A stretch of 64,000 nucleotides of DNA, taken from contig CM060733.1 of NCBI GenBank assembly GCA_030704615.1, positions 61,318,001 through 61,382,000 on the forward strand, written 5' to 3'. The stretch is from Takakia lepidozioides. Its lineage: Eukaryota; Plantae; Bryophyta. Shown here one piece after another: positions 1 through 12,728 of this stretch. The first letter of the stretch is position 1, and every line of letters begins with the position of its first letter. The notes beneath the pieces were generated by a model. It saw only the letters and a list, made by a program, of their open reading frames with translations, did no database searches and had not been told where the DNA came from. The translations under genes were made by a program, and so were the position numbers.

Positions 1-74
1 CCACACGAGCAACAAGAAAAAAATTTAACATCAATCGATTAATCGGATGTATACAAAGTACATCATGAGAATAT

Positions 75-1228
75 CTACAATGCCCCTCTACGCGATCCCT
101 GTCTCAAAGGAACCCTATTTCTATCATACACATCCCACTCACACTGTAATCGGAGGTCCCAATCATCCCGGGAGAACTCGTATGATGCAAATAGTTCGCT
201 GCCAGCCCTAATAGTCCTACTAGCACATGTCATCACAAACATGTGCATCCCCTCATAGTATACTGGCGTATGACCACAAAAGCTCTCATGCCCATCGCTT
301 CGCTCGTGCCATACTACATTGGTTCTCTTAGGATGACCAAAAGAACTATTGACCAGCCCAACAACATTACCGAAGATGTCGGGGTCACCATCACAAAATC
401 TGATCTCAATGGGAGACCACCCCCATCTACGTACATCCTGTCCGTTGACACACAAAATATAGGGTAGGATGTATGGGGCTTGGAGGCGTAATGTACAGAA
501 CTTCGCGGAGGTGTAGTATGGACCGTAGTAGGGAAACAAGTCCACCATGCTGTTTCTCCGAGGAGGAACCACAATATCATTGACCGTGAATAAACCCCAA
601 CCATAGCAGGGTCTGTAGCGGCTTTGTCAACATACCGTCTCCCCCAATACTCGAACTCCACATTTTCTCGGATGGGGGTGGGAGGGTCGAGATGATTCCC
701 CCAACAACGAGGCTGGATGGTCCTCAGTAACATACTCCTATACGCTTCCCATCGGGGGCGAGGATCCGGCTCAGGCCTCCCAAGCCGAAGGGGAGGAAAC
801 CTAGGGCGAAGCCGACCCCTTCTAGGGGTTCGGGGGGCACATGCACGTGGAGGTGGAGGTGGTACTGCTGGCGGAGGAGATGAAAGTGGAGGTGGTTGAG
901 GATGTAATGTCGGAGGTAATGTCGGGGGTACAACGTCCGGATCAGGTATTACCGGAGGTGGATCAGACAAAGAAACAGACGGGGGGGGGGAGGGGGGTGG
1001 GGGGTGGGTCCCTGCTCGTCGCCGGCCATAACGCCTACGACACCTACGATACCCCTCGACCCTACGCATCTCATCTACGTGCTGCTGGGGGAACCAACTA
1101 GCCACATCGGGCACATGCTCTTGCACAAATTCTGCAAGTAGATTGGCGCGAAATGCCTCATGTGCAATGTGATTGCGAGTTTGGGTATCAAGTCGTGGCT
1201 CCAATGTGCGTAGTGAACGACGCATCAA
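75..1228 (-). pseudogene. Proline-rich protein with C-terminal SET-like domain, one frameshift near 605
   Basis: The frame of ORF 75..572 extends upstream to YGWGLFTVNDI, then ...LFPYYG...GLVNSS...NV...ASRTIRAGSELFASY. This follows the SET motif order (GWGLFA..DI, Y.G, NHS, R.I..GEEL..Y). The Pro-rich N-terminal part lies in the frame of ORF 314..1228. Confidence 0.6.
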
Positions 1229-2097
1229 TACTTATGTCGTAATTTTGATTCATGTATGCTTACCAATCATACTATATTATTAGATAAACCTAAATGTACC
1301 TTAAATGAATGTTAATGAGAGGGGTGGGAAAAACACTCACCTTTGCCGCATCTGCAATCTTGTTATTCTTGTAATGTTTTCGACAACATGCGGTCACCGC
1401 CTCGGTGGTCTGGTGCTGCCTGGCGGTATCCGTTCCTAACACTTAGTGCACCAACACTCAATCCTGGGGGGGGGGGGGGTGGGTCAAAGATGGATGTGGT
1501 TGGACGGGGTGGCCCGCGAGGGGGCAACCCGCGGCGTGCCCGACTCGATCCCAGAGTGTCAACATCCTCCGCATCACCTGAAATTTGGCCCCGGTCCCTT
1601 CTACGATTGTGCCCGGTAGCCTGTATTGGATCAGGTGCAATGAGTGGCTCCTCGCCACGAAAAACGGTCGCTCTAGGGCCACAATCGATATGTGGTACTA
1701 CCTCCCCATCCTCGAGGGAGACGGGTCGATGTTTCCTCACCATCGCATCCTAATTAATACACCACCAACACTTTCATTTCTCAAAAACCGTTGGCAAAAA
1801 AACCCTATGCCTCAGCCTCGAGGCTTTCAAAATTGGTAATCAAAGGCGGAGCATCCCTATGGTGCTAGAGCCCAAGACAATAAATCCTTCATCTCGTTCT
1901 ATCTTCAGGATGCCCACACCATGGAAAAATTTTGTTGAGTCCCAGCGCCTTGCGACTATCAGATTGAACCACATTTTGGGTATGTGAATCCTAATTACAC
2001 CGTTTATCCTCTTAACCCCAAGACCCACAACCAAAACCGCCAATCCAAAACCCAGCACCATAAAGAAAAGCAAACACCCTAACCCAGTACCATATGG

Positions 2098-2140
<43 letters not shown>

Positions 2141-2854
2141 AAGAAACCCAAAAGGCCTTAACTAAACCCAGAAATGCTAGCCGTCGCCTCCTGCGACACC
2201 CTCGCGTCGCATTTGACGACGAGTTTTTTTCAATTTTTTACCTGGGGGTCGCATCCCGCGACGGCAAGCCGTCGCGGGGGACGATGTGTTTTTTTTTAAT
2301 TTATGGGGCCGGGGGTCGCAAGCAATGACGGCCGGCCGTCGCAAATATCATTTTTATATTTAAAAAAAAAGGCCGGGGCGCAGGCGTGCGAAGGCCAGGC
2401 GTCGCACGTAGGCGCCGCACCTTTTTTTCCCTAAGCGCTTGAAGCATCTCTTTCCCCTCCTGTTTTCGTTTGTTCTTTGGGAGAGAGGTAGCAGAGAGTG
2501 GGGTTTAGGGTGGAGGAGAAACGCACCTGCTGCTGAGCCCGAGGTGGTCGCAAGGCCCCAAAGAGTTTGCCCCAACGCCGCTCCAACGCCCAAGGTAAGC
2601 ACCGCCTCCTCTCTCACTTTCTCTCTTGCTTTCTTGCCCTAAGCACGGGCTGATGTCTCTCTCCCCTGTGTGGTAGGAACACCGCGTAGAGGCGCGACCT
2701 AAACGAGTTGAAGAGAAGAGAGCCGTGGTGAGCGGGGGAGAGATGCCCTGCAGCGGCGGGGACCCGCGCCATTGGCAGCCGCGACAGCACCGCAGCAGCT
2801 CGCCGCGCCAGCTCGCTTCAAGCATCAGCAGCAACAACAGAGGTACGTCAGGGA

Positions 2855-3015
2855 AATTGCACTCTCCATTTCTTCTCTGCTTCTGTTTACTGTTCAAAGG
2901 TAGTCTTCTTGCCTTGAGTTTAAACTTAGGTCTGGTGCCAAGAGTGGGATAGACCCTTGAGCGCACCCATGATGTCCTCCCCCATGTCACAGACTGGAAA
3001 CAGGTTCAAGGAGAA
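2855..3015 (-). mobile_element. LINE ORF2 3'-region fragment
   Basis: Translates to LGTRPKFKLKARRLPLNSKQKQR; diverged copy of 19000-19160. Confidence 0.55.
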
Positions 3016-3128
3016 GAGAGGGAGACAGAGGGAGTGAGAATGTGACATCAAGGGGCAACAAAGAACAGAAAAGAAGGTGGGGGGGGGGGGGGAGTGACTG
3101 AACAGCTGCTGCTGCTCAGTCACTCCCC

Positions 3129-3866
3129 TGTCGTGCGCATACATATCGCTACACAACTACATCGTTGTCCAAAACCACACAACATATGTGCACACCAAAC
3201 ACTAGTCTATCACTAGTCCACCACTAATGCACCACTAGGCTGCCACTAGACAACCACTAGTCACCACTAGTGCAGCCACTAGTCCACCACTAGCTGCCAC
3301 TAGCCCATCACAATGATGAGGAAAGGAATGATACAAGCATACCATCTCTCTCAAACTCACACACTTGCACATGAAAACATCATTCATATATTAAGTCGAG
3401 CCAAGTGCATCCCACGCCATGGGGAATCCACACTACGGCGCCATAGCTAGACGCGGTGAGGCTCAACTCGATAAAGATGAGCCCACCGCGATCTGCCGTG
3501 AAGATAACAACGTCAGGTGCCCAAACATGTATTGGTCCCTGGATTGACACTTGGGTCAATCCCAAATGTCAATATATAAAAGCTAGCTATTTCCTAGCTA
3601 ACTTCCCACCAGTGGTAAAATAACTTGACAGCTGTCGTGCGCATACATATGGCTTTCAACAACTACATCGCTGTCCAAAACCACACAACATATGTGCACA
3701 CCAAACACTAGTCTATCACTAGTCCACCACTAGTGCACCACTAGGCTGCCACTAGACAACCACTAGTCACCACTAGTGCAGCCACTAGTCCAACCACTAG
3801 GCTGCCACTAGCCACCACTAGTGCAGCCACTAGTCCACCACTAGGCTGCCACTAGCCCATCATAAT
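3129..3866 (-). repeat. 3' split-repeat block B1-GC-A2-B2 of copy 1
   Basis: tgtcgtgcgcatacatat... occurs at 3129 and 3633; junction gacagctgtc at 3627-3636; both B copies are built of CACTAG-rich units. Confidence 0.92.
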
Positions 3867-4124
3867 CGCCCCCCTAGCTGGTGCTTAGGTCCCTCTAAGT
3901 CCAGGTAGCCACAAGATGTGATAGTGGCCATAGCCTCACTAGGTCCTCCACCATTGTCCCTATTACACTCAAACTCAATAGATCAAGAGGCCGAGTACAA
4001 GAGTTGCCCTATCGTTAGTCGCCGTCTTGCAACCTGTGAACTTGAGCATGAGATCTTGGGTATTGACTCATATGAGCTTGGCCTCCCATGTCTTGTGAGC
4101 TGCCACTAGTCATATCCACTGCCA

Positions 4125-5846
4125 CTATCCCAAGCAGTGTGGACATAACCAATCTCCATCAGGAACCCTCTCAAGAGGTGGTGTCAAGGATCCCATATGC
4201 CAACCTCTTGAGCATCGATCACACACCAACATAGTGGCGGCACCACGAGCATGCCCACATAGCATGCAACGCAATCCTGCAATTACCACTACGAGGTTGG
4301 GATCTATCCTCCCATCCACATGTGGAAGGTGACATGGCGCACAATTACGCACATGGTCCTTCCATACCATGCCATCTCAACCCTCCAGAATCAACACTCC
4401 TGAAGGCAACACCTCCCTGACCCTTAGAATCACACGTTTTGCTGTGACATCCAACGTCATAGGCGCTGTCTGCTACAGATACACATAGTCCTCAAGGTGG
4501 AAACGTTGAACACCTGGCCGATATCCCCCTCCACGTATAGTGACATACCTCAATGTGTCTCGGTGTTGGGCAATAGCAAGATTTTCAAAAGCCATAGACA
4601 TGACTCTCTTGAACAACTCTGTCCGCTGGGCACATGTTTGTGTCCACACATCCGGATCATCAAGGTTGAGGACTACTGCAACCTCCCTACAAATAGACGG
4701 AGGCAAATCTGGCTCTCGGCCAAAGAGAAGGAAATATGGTGAGAAGGAGGCAAGTGATGCTTGCTTGCTAAACCTGTAGCCCATGGCTAACCAAGGTACC
4801 TGAAGATCCCAATCTCCTAGGTGTCCCTTTTGCAAGCCATACTTGTGCAAACCCCTCTTCACCGTCTGCACCACTCTCTCTGCCAAGCCATCAGCCTCAG
4901 GATGATCCCGAGAAGTGGTATGGTGGTCTATCAAGGCTTTATCACACAAAGCCTTAAACTCCCCCAAGAACTCTCTCCCTTGGTCCGTGAGTACCTCAGC
5001 TGGAGCACCGAATCGGCTAAGCACACGATCCAGGAATGCATATGCAGCCCCCTCACTAGCCTTGTCAAGCAATGGAACCAACTCAATCCACTTGGAGAAG
5101 TGCTCCACCATCACCAACACATATCTGTGGTGGCGCATCATCAATGGCAACGGCCTTGCGAAGTCAAGACTCCACCTATAGCCCAATCCCATGATGGATA
5201 ATGGATGCAACTGTGGTGTAGGGGCGTTGAATGAAGCACGCACCCTGTCACATACCATGCACCTAGCCACGAACTGTTGTACCTCTGTGTGCATACCACG
5301 CCACCAATACTGCCCCTGTAGTAACCTATGAGTGCGTCGCACTCCAAAATGCCCCAACTCCTCATGGGCATGCCGCACTAACCGTGCACGCTGTGTTGGG
5401 TGAGGCATGATCCTCACCAGACCATCCTCCCATACTCAAAGCAGGTGTATCCCCTCCCACTTGAACCTCTTGGCTCGTTGTAGGATCCCATCCCTCTCTT
5501 TGGCAGTCACACTAGCTGCCGTGTCTCCAGTGCGGAGGTAGTCTAACACAACCGAATCCTCGTGTATATCTCTGGCACCACCTGACTCATCACTAGCCTC
5601 AGGGTCCTCAGACACTCCTTCTACAGTCATCCGTGTTGTAGGTTCAACCTGACCTCTCGATGCCAAGATACACAAAAATGCAGATGCATGCCATCCCGGC
5701 ACCATCTCCTCGTCCGTCTCACCATGCCACCGAGCTCCAGTGTCATCCTGCTGGCTCGTGCATGGATTGCGACTCAATCCATCCGCATCTCTATTGATCA
5801 AACTCGGTCGATGCACAACCTGAACATGTCTCTCATGCTCCTCCAC
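4125..5846 (-). pseudogene. Integrase (HHCC, DDE core) with C-terminal PHD finger, copy 1
   Basis: HEELGHFG...CMVC, WSLDF, VLTDQGREF, GLAERVVQ; CMLCGH...LVCDRCSRGWH...WLCPHC. Broken by stops. Confidence 0.92.
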
Positions 5847-6010
5847 CGTAGCACGAGAGGCAAAGCAATTCCTATAAGCCTCAAGAACCGCCGTATACGT
5901 CGTCTCTCTCCTCTAGTCACAACAGGTCCAATGTCAGGCTCCCAATTGCCCTTCGTAACTGCAACCTTAAGTCCAGCAGACTTAGAGATAGAGGACGCAT
6001 CCCGTGGTTG

Positions 6011-7270
6011 CTATGCCGCAACCTCTTGAGCAGTACTCCCTGCCTGCTCAGTCAATGACAAGGCCTCATCCTGCCCCATCATCTCATCCTTGAGGACCTC
6101 CTCAACCCGAGAAGAATCCCCAACCTCATCCATCACAGCCGCCTTGGCTGCCAACTCCCTCTGAACCTCGAGCACCTCCCACGTGTCCCATGGATGTCTA
6201 CACCCCGTGGTCCTCACCGGCTCGCCCCCACTCACTGCCTGTACCGTCTCGGTAGGCAGAGAGATCGTCAAGGGAAGTGCACTCCGCACTCTACGTTGCT
6301 CAGCCATAGCCAAGCTGATAATCCAGGTCAAGCAATTTAGATCCATCGCTTGCCCCAACACCTGACGACGTGATGCCTTAGAAAGAGAAGACACCGCCGT
6401 GGTCCCAGTGGAAAAACCCATAGCCCGCTCTCGCTCGTCGGCATTAGGCTCCACTAACTGCTGCAACTGAGCATCACACAGGAGGCCAGGTCCGCTATCC
6501 CGGAAAGCATGCGATCCTGGGAAGCTGAGCAGTGTAGGTAGTGCTGCTCGTGGTCGACCCACCTTATTGACCACTGCCAAAGGCGAACGGTCATCGTGTC
6601 TCACACACTGAGACTGCCTCCCTGTGTCCAAAATGCTATCCACTGTGAGGTGTGCTGGCCGCTGCACCCCATCAAATGCACGCTTGAGCAGTGCGGGTGG
6701 CATCAAGTTAGTCCACCATAACCATGGACGATGAGCCCGTGACCCCACTGCAGCTGCATCCAGCAACACTGCTGACCAAAGCCACGACCGGACTTGATGC
6801 ACACTGGCCATCACCCTGGCCCGAGAATCGCTCATCAGTGGCACATTCTCCAAGATGTATGCTGGAGATACAGCCTGCTGAAGCTGTAAGTGGCGCAAAA
6901 CCCGCACCATCTCCCAAAACAGACCCGACCTCGAGTCTCACAATCCATTGCCATGCCTGGCTGATGAATGTCCTTGGCAGGGCCAACCTGCCACTACCAA
7001 ATCAATGGAGCCAACCCGCTCCAAATCCTGCGCCCCCAGCAACAAAATGTCTGCTGGCAAGGCCTGCTGATATCCACGAACTGCAGACACCAGCAACAAC
7101 TCAGGGTACTGCTGCACCAACTGAGCAACATGGCGTAGGGAGATGCGTCATGTAGTCTCATCCCTCTCTTCATACAAGTATCGCCATACTCGTACACCTG
7201 CCTGTAGAACAACAGCCAACCCAGTGCTGATCCCGCCAAACAAGTCCAGAAGGCAAATGCCTTCATCCGG
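6011..7270 (-). pseudogene. DNMT3-like C5 cytosine methyltransferase domain, copy 1
   Basis: LLDLFGGISTG, DLVVAGWPCQ, YILENV, SRAHRPWLWWTNL, ERERAMGF, RRQVLGQAM across ORFs 7148..8482, 6938..7120 and 6011..6910. Confidence 0.92.
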
Positions 7271-10200
7271 ACACTGCCACACAATCGGTGTGGTGTCCAA
7301 TGGTGACAACTGAGGTGGTCTTGGTGCAATACCCGCACTCTTCTCCTCTCCTAACGGTGCAAAAGCTTCTACCCAGGCTTGTTGCACACGACAATCTGCA
7401 ACCCGCTGCAAATCCTTGCTCGAACCCCACAATGGAGAGTGAGCAACCATGGCAGGCAACTCCGCCATACCATACATGTCATCCTGCTCTCCCGGAGGTG
7501 ACACATCCTCTGAATGAGTGTTGTCATCCATCAACTCTCCAGGCCAAGTCACCGCAGTTGTGAATGCTGCCAGTGTTGGCATCTTGCCTCGCTGGGCAAC
7601 CGCAACTTCTCCTATGAACGTCACAAGGAGCTGCACACGCCGGCCCTCCCCTGATTGCCATCTAGGCCTATAGGAACCTGACTCTTCCCAAAAATCCAGG
7701 GTGAAGCCCATGGGGTACAACACTACCCCACCAACAAAGACATCGTATGAGACCGCGTCTGTCACAATGGCCTTGGCTCTCATCATTGAGCCATCTGTAG
7801 GATGATCCGGCTGTAGTCTAATAGCCAACTCACGCCGTGTCATGCCCCGAACCTGCTTTGATCCTCCCAGAGATGTCTGTATCTGGAAAGGGCATGGCTC
7901 CATATCCGCCTCTGTGAGGCCCAAGCCTGCAATGGCAGCTCTGCCCAGCATCAATGGCTGAGCTCCCGAGTCCAATAAGACTCGCAGTGGCCGGTACCTC
8001 TTGCCTGTCGGTTCACTCGAATAGAAAATGTCATCCTGGTTGTCTAACATGACAACTCCAGGTGTCACCATGGCGCGCTCAATGGCTGGCCTAGCTGGCA
8101 GCTCCATCAACCTGACAGCTACAGCTTGCCATGGCGCCGCCGTGGCAGTCTTGACCCTCACATCAGAGGATCCCTCCGGCACTACACCTCCCACTATCTC
8201 CGCAGAAGATGAAGTAACCTCCCCACTCTCACAGAGTGTAGCTGCCAGCCTGAACACCTCAGCTGGTCTTACCCCCGGCGTCGCAATCATGGTAGCCGAA
8301 AACAATGGAGCCTGGCTCACAGCTGTGGCCGCCCCCAGCAGCACACTAGCTGCCGTAGCCTTGGCAACACTAGGTAGTGGTGCTGCCCGTGTAGCTCTCC
8401 CCAATGGCATAGTAACCTCCGCCTCGGTAACAGTCGGGCGAGAACTAGGTGCCATGGACGGCGTCGACACTGTCTCCGCCAATGTGAATGACTAAGGAAG
8501 CCTGGCCTGACGGCTTGCCTCCCCACGCTGTGGATCCAACTCCACCTCCGCACCCCGTGGCTCAGGAACTCGTGCTGCTCCTCGAGTCACTGCCGCAGCC
8601 GACTCCACTTGCACTAGTGGTAGTCCTGCCCCGCACACAATGGTAGTGATAGTGCTGCCCGGCACTAGTGGTAGTGGTGCCCCACCCACAGTGGTAGTAG
8701 TAGTGGCACCCCTCACTAGTGGTAGTGGTGCCCCACCCAAGTGGTAGTGGTGCCCCACCCAAGTGGTAGTGGTAGTGGCACCCCTCACTAGTGGTAGTGC
8801 TGCCCCGCACATGAATCCCATGCCTCATATGTATCCTCCCTCAGGAGCAAGAGGTGGACCATCCGGCCTTGGAGCCGGTACCACCTGAGCTGTGGCCATG
8901 GCAGCGAACCTCTGCTCTAGTTGCTGAAGCCGGTTGGCCATGCCTTGGTCACCACCCTGACCTCCGCGTCCTTGGCCATGTTGAGCCAGCACCTCGTGCT
9001 TGGCCACCTCGTTCTCTCTGGGCTGCTCCACCTCGCCCCCGGCCACCATTGTTCCCTTGGAACTGGCCTGGGCGCAACTCAGGGTGCAAACCATAACACT
9101 AGGCCTCTCCATGCCCGTACCTGCCACAATGCCCACACTGCACCTATGCACACTGTGCCGGTGCCAAACCATTGCCTCCCTCTGGGCAATCCTTCTTGAC
9201 ATGGGGTCCTCCACATGTCCAGCACACCACATGCACCCGTTGTTGGCCAGCAAATGAAAGGAGAGACCCCTGCACTTGAGGTCCTCTCTGCCCTTCCCTG
9301 GGCTTCACCTGAGCCCCCTTGCTGCCTTGAGCACGTTGAGGTAGTGGCTGGCTAGGAGCACCACTACCCCGTGGTGCCTCTTTAGCAAATCCCACCATGA
9401 CCACTCGTTCCTCCACCATGTTGAGCTCTATCTACTCTGCCAGCAAAAACACATTTGCTAAGGTGGGTTGGGCCGCTTGTAGGAGAGTTGCATCCCGCAC
9501 CCTTCTCCTCAACTCCTTGTCCAATATCCCGTACCAGAACTGGACTACCTGAGCCTCCGTAACCCCTTGGGTTACATTAATCAAGCGCCTCATGCAAGTG
9601 AAAGCCTCCCTCAAGCTCTCAGTAGGCTTCCGTTGGAACTCTTGCAAGCTCCTCAACTTCTCTGTCCTCACCCCTTGGTAGTTCCTTCTCAACTCTTCGA
9701 AGAACTCCACAACAGGGTTGAAGGCAGGCACCGCCACAGGTGCTGGTGCAGCAGTAGCTTGGGTGGCCATCGTAGTTGCTGTACCACTAGTCCCACTACT
9801 GCTCGTGGAAGCTGCTGTTGTAGCTGCTGCTGCTGGTGCAGCTGCCGGTGTGGCTGTTGCCCTTGTGCCTCTAGTGCCTCTAGTGATGGAGACATAGTCG
9901 GGTGACCAGTACATCCTCCACTCCTCGATCTCAACATCGTGCCCCCGCCTAAACTTATGGTAATCGTCCATGGGCGGCCCCTCAAGGTACTGAAACAGCC
10001 CCTTCCATGCCATGAAAGGCGTAAACAGTTGTGGATTGCGCATTTGTTGCAAGTCACACCAACTATCAAACTCTTGGATAAAATCATCCAACTCAATGGT
10101 GCCTACCGCCCCAGAGTACCTTCGTGGCCTCTTGGTGGCTCCATACATCTCCTCCATCGTGTCCCACAACAATGGCAAGGAAACAACTTGCACCGCCGGT

Positions 10201-10346
10201 GTGAGTCTTCCTGATTCACAATTCGAATCAGAACCTTCCGTAGAAGACACAGGAGGTGAAGGTGGCCTAAACCGCACACCTCGTCTTGTATACCCGCTAG
10301 TATCGCTAGTGCTCGTACCGGCACTTTCCCCAGCAACTAGTGGCAC
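7271..10346 (-). pseudogene. Gag (capsid-like, zinc knuckles) and aspartic protease, copy 1
   Basis: QRKPTESLREAFT, CWTCGGPHVKKDC knuckle, protease VLLDSGA; local tandem expansion of a GAALPLV-coding unit at about 8610-8810. Confidence 0.85.
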
Positions 10347-12728
10347 CTCCGTGTTGACAAACTGACACTCAACCGGTCATGAACATGTCTCTAACCCCCT
10401 CTCCACAAAGTAACCGGGTAGAGAACCTGATGCGGCTTATGGTTTGGAATACTAGGTTCCTAACATAGCCTGCACCTGCACTTGCATCCACCGCAGGCAC
10501 TCCTATGGTTGGCTGGTCATCACCTCCAACCTCACCACATGAGAAACAAAGATGGTCTGACTGGTCATCAACCCAGCCTCACCATCGACAACATGCTCTA
10601 GGGTGAGATCGGCGATAAAGCCCGAGTCCACCACCTATAAAATCAAGCGCCCACACAAAACTAGCATGGCGCACAAACAAGCATGCAGGTGTGGAGGGGA
10701 TCCAAACACAAGAATGAAAACAACAACTCCCCCACACCAAAAATCTCTCCACAGTGTCGCTCCTGCAACCCAGCCCAAACCTGGACTGACTCTTGCCTCC
10801 ACCTACGGAAAGGTCTCGGCCTACAGAGAAGGTGGAAAGCTACGAGGAAGGGAAACTAGAGCAATGCCTATCCCAAGCACGCTCTCATCCCAACACCCTT
10901 TTTTTTCCTCTCTTCTCTCACTTGCATGACCATGAGAGCATCCTGTAGACACTCCTCAAACCGCCCTCCACGAGCTCATGAAAACTTGGCCTCCAAGGCC
11001 CCATGCAAAGCCTCCACAGGGTCCGCCAGTGCCTCCTTACGTCCACCAGCCATTCCTCCGAATGGAACCACCTCAGGAAACCACACCATTCGCTGAAGGT
11101 TAAAAAATGGAGCAAATAGAGGTACATATAGGCCCCCAACAACATTCTGTCCAAAGGAATTACCTGCAGGCTGGTCTTCCCCATAGTTAAGAATTGGGCT
11201 GAAAACCCGAAAAGATTACCTGCAGGGAAGTAATCCCCTTTGTTAAAACGCAACAGGGAGGCAATTCCGACTTTTCTGCCGGATCAGCTAGCTCAAAACC
11301 GTTGTTCTTCAGAGCCCAGCCTCCCCATCAAGGTCCCACGAAACGAGTGAAAAAAGATTTTTTTTTTAATTTTTTAATTTTTAATTTTCACTCTAACTGT
11401 TCGCGGCCTTCCGTGGCTCCAACCGCCACGACTCCTCACGGCCTGCCCTAGGCACTCGTTGGCCACGGGCTGCCCAATGATACCCCGTGGTACCACTCCC
11501 ACGAGCCTTCACGGCCCGCCATCCCCACGATTTGGTCACCGTGCCCACTCGTTGTATCCGCACCACGACTTCCAATGGTCACGGTCAACCATCACAACCT
11601 AGGCTCGTGGTATCTCGTGATACCGTCCCAACGGCCCATCACGACCACTATTCCCTACGATCCCTGGAACTCCCAACGAGTTCCCATGCGTTCCCGAGGC
11701 GTTCCCGGCATTCCCACGCGTTCCTGAGCTGGGGTTTGCTCCTGCACCTGCTGCCGACGAGCTATGGCTTCTGCGGAGCCATCAACCCCGTCGCCCTGCA
11801 CTCTTGAGCTCTCACGGCCCACTAGAAGTGCCTCCAACTCAACAAGCAAGCTATATGCTACTCAACAAGCTCCCTTTTCTTCATGAAGCTCACAAAAACA
11901 AATCTGAAAATACACACCTTTACAAACTTGGTGCACCTGCACTTCTCATGCATCTCCCTTGGCTCTAGGGCACCTCGTTGCTGCCCTTCCAGCCCCGCTC
12001 TTGCCACTCCAAGAGCCCTTACACTGCTGAGTTACAGATTGAAACTCCAACTCAGCACATGTTTCACAAGTGCACTGATTTGCACACAAGAGGGACCAGC
12101 CCCCTCTCTTCACTCATACCTCTTCATGAGCTTGGAGCTGAAGCTCCCAATGGGCTGCGATGCATCTCCTCGCAGCTCCACCATTCGGCTGCTCCTCATC
12201 TACCTGCAACAACTGATTTTGGGCAGAAATACTTGGAGCTGATCATGTCATCTCCAACCTACAACATGTTAGCTTCCATGCGCAGCCCACATTTCTTCAG
12301 CTCCTTAACTCGGCCTGCAGCTGAAAAAGTCGACCACCAGTTCGCCCACTTGTGGCCAACATCTCCTCCGCTTCACACTAGAAGCCCAAACTTGGTTGCC
12401 ATAGCGTTGAGCTATGTAACGCCGCTCTTCAACATAGGCTACTCGCCTCTCTATCCATTGCAAACTTGCAACCTAATTGCCTTTGCACTCTATCCACTTT
12501 GGATAGGCTCATGCACGGATCCCTGCACTCTAGGCTGAACCGCTTTTCATGATCTGAAAAAACAAGTGCTACACAACTAACTCGAACCTGGCACTCACAG
12601 ACTCGAGCTGATCTTTCTCGAGTGATAAGGAAAGGAATGATACAAGCATACAAGCTCTCTCAAACTTGCACATGAAAACATCACTCATATATTAAGTCGA
12701 GCCAAATGCACCCCACGCCATGGGGAAT

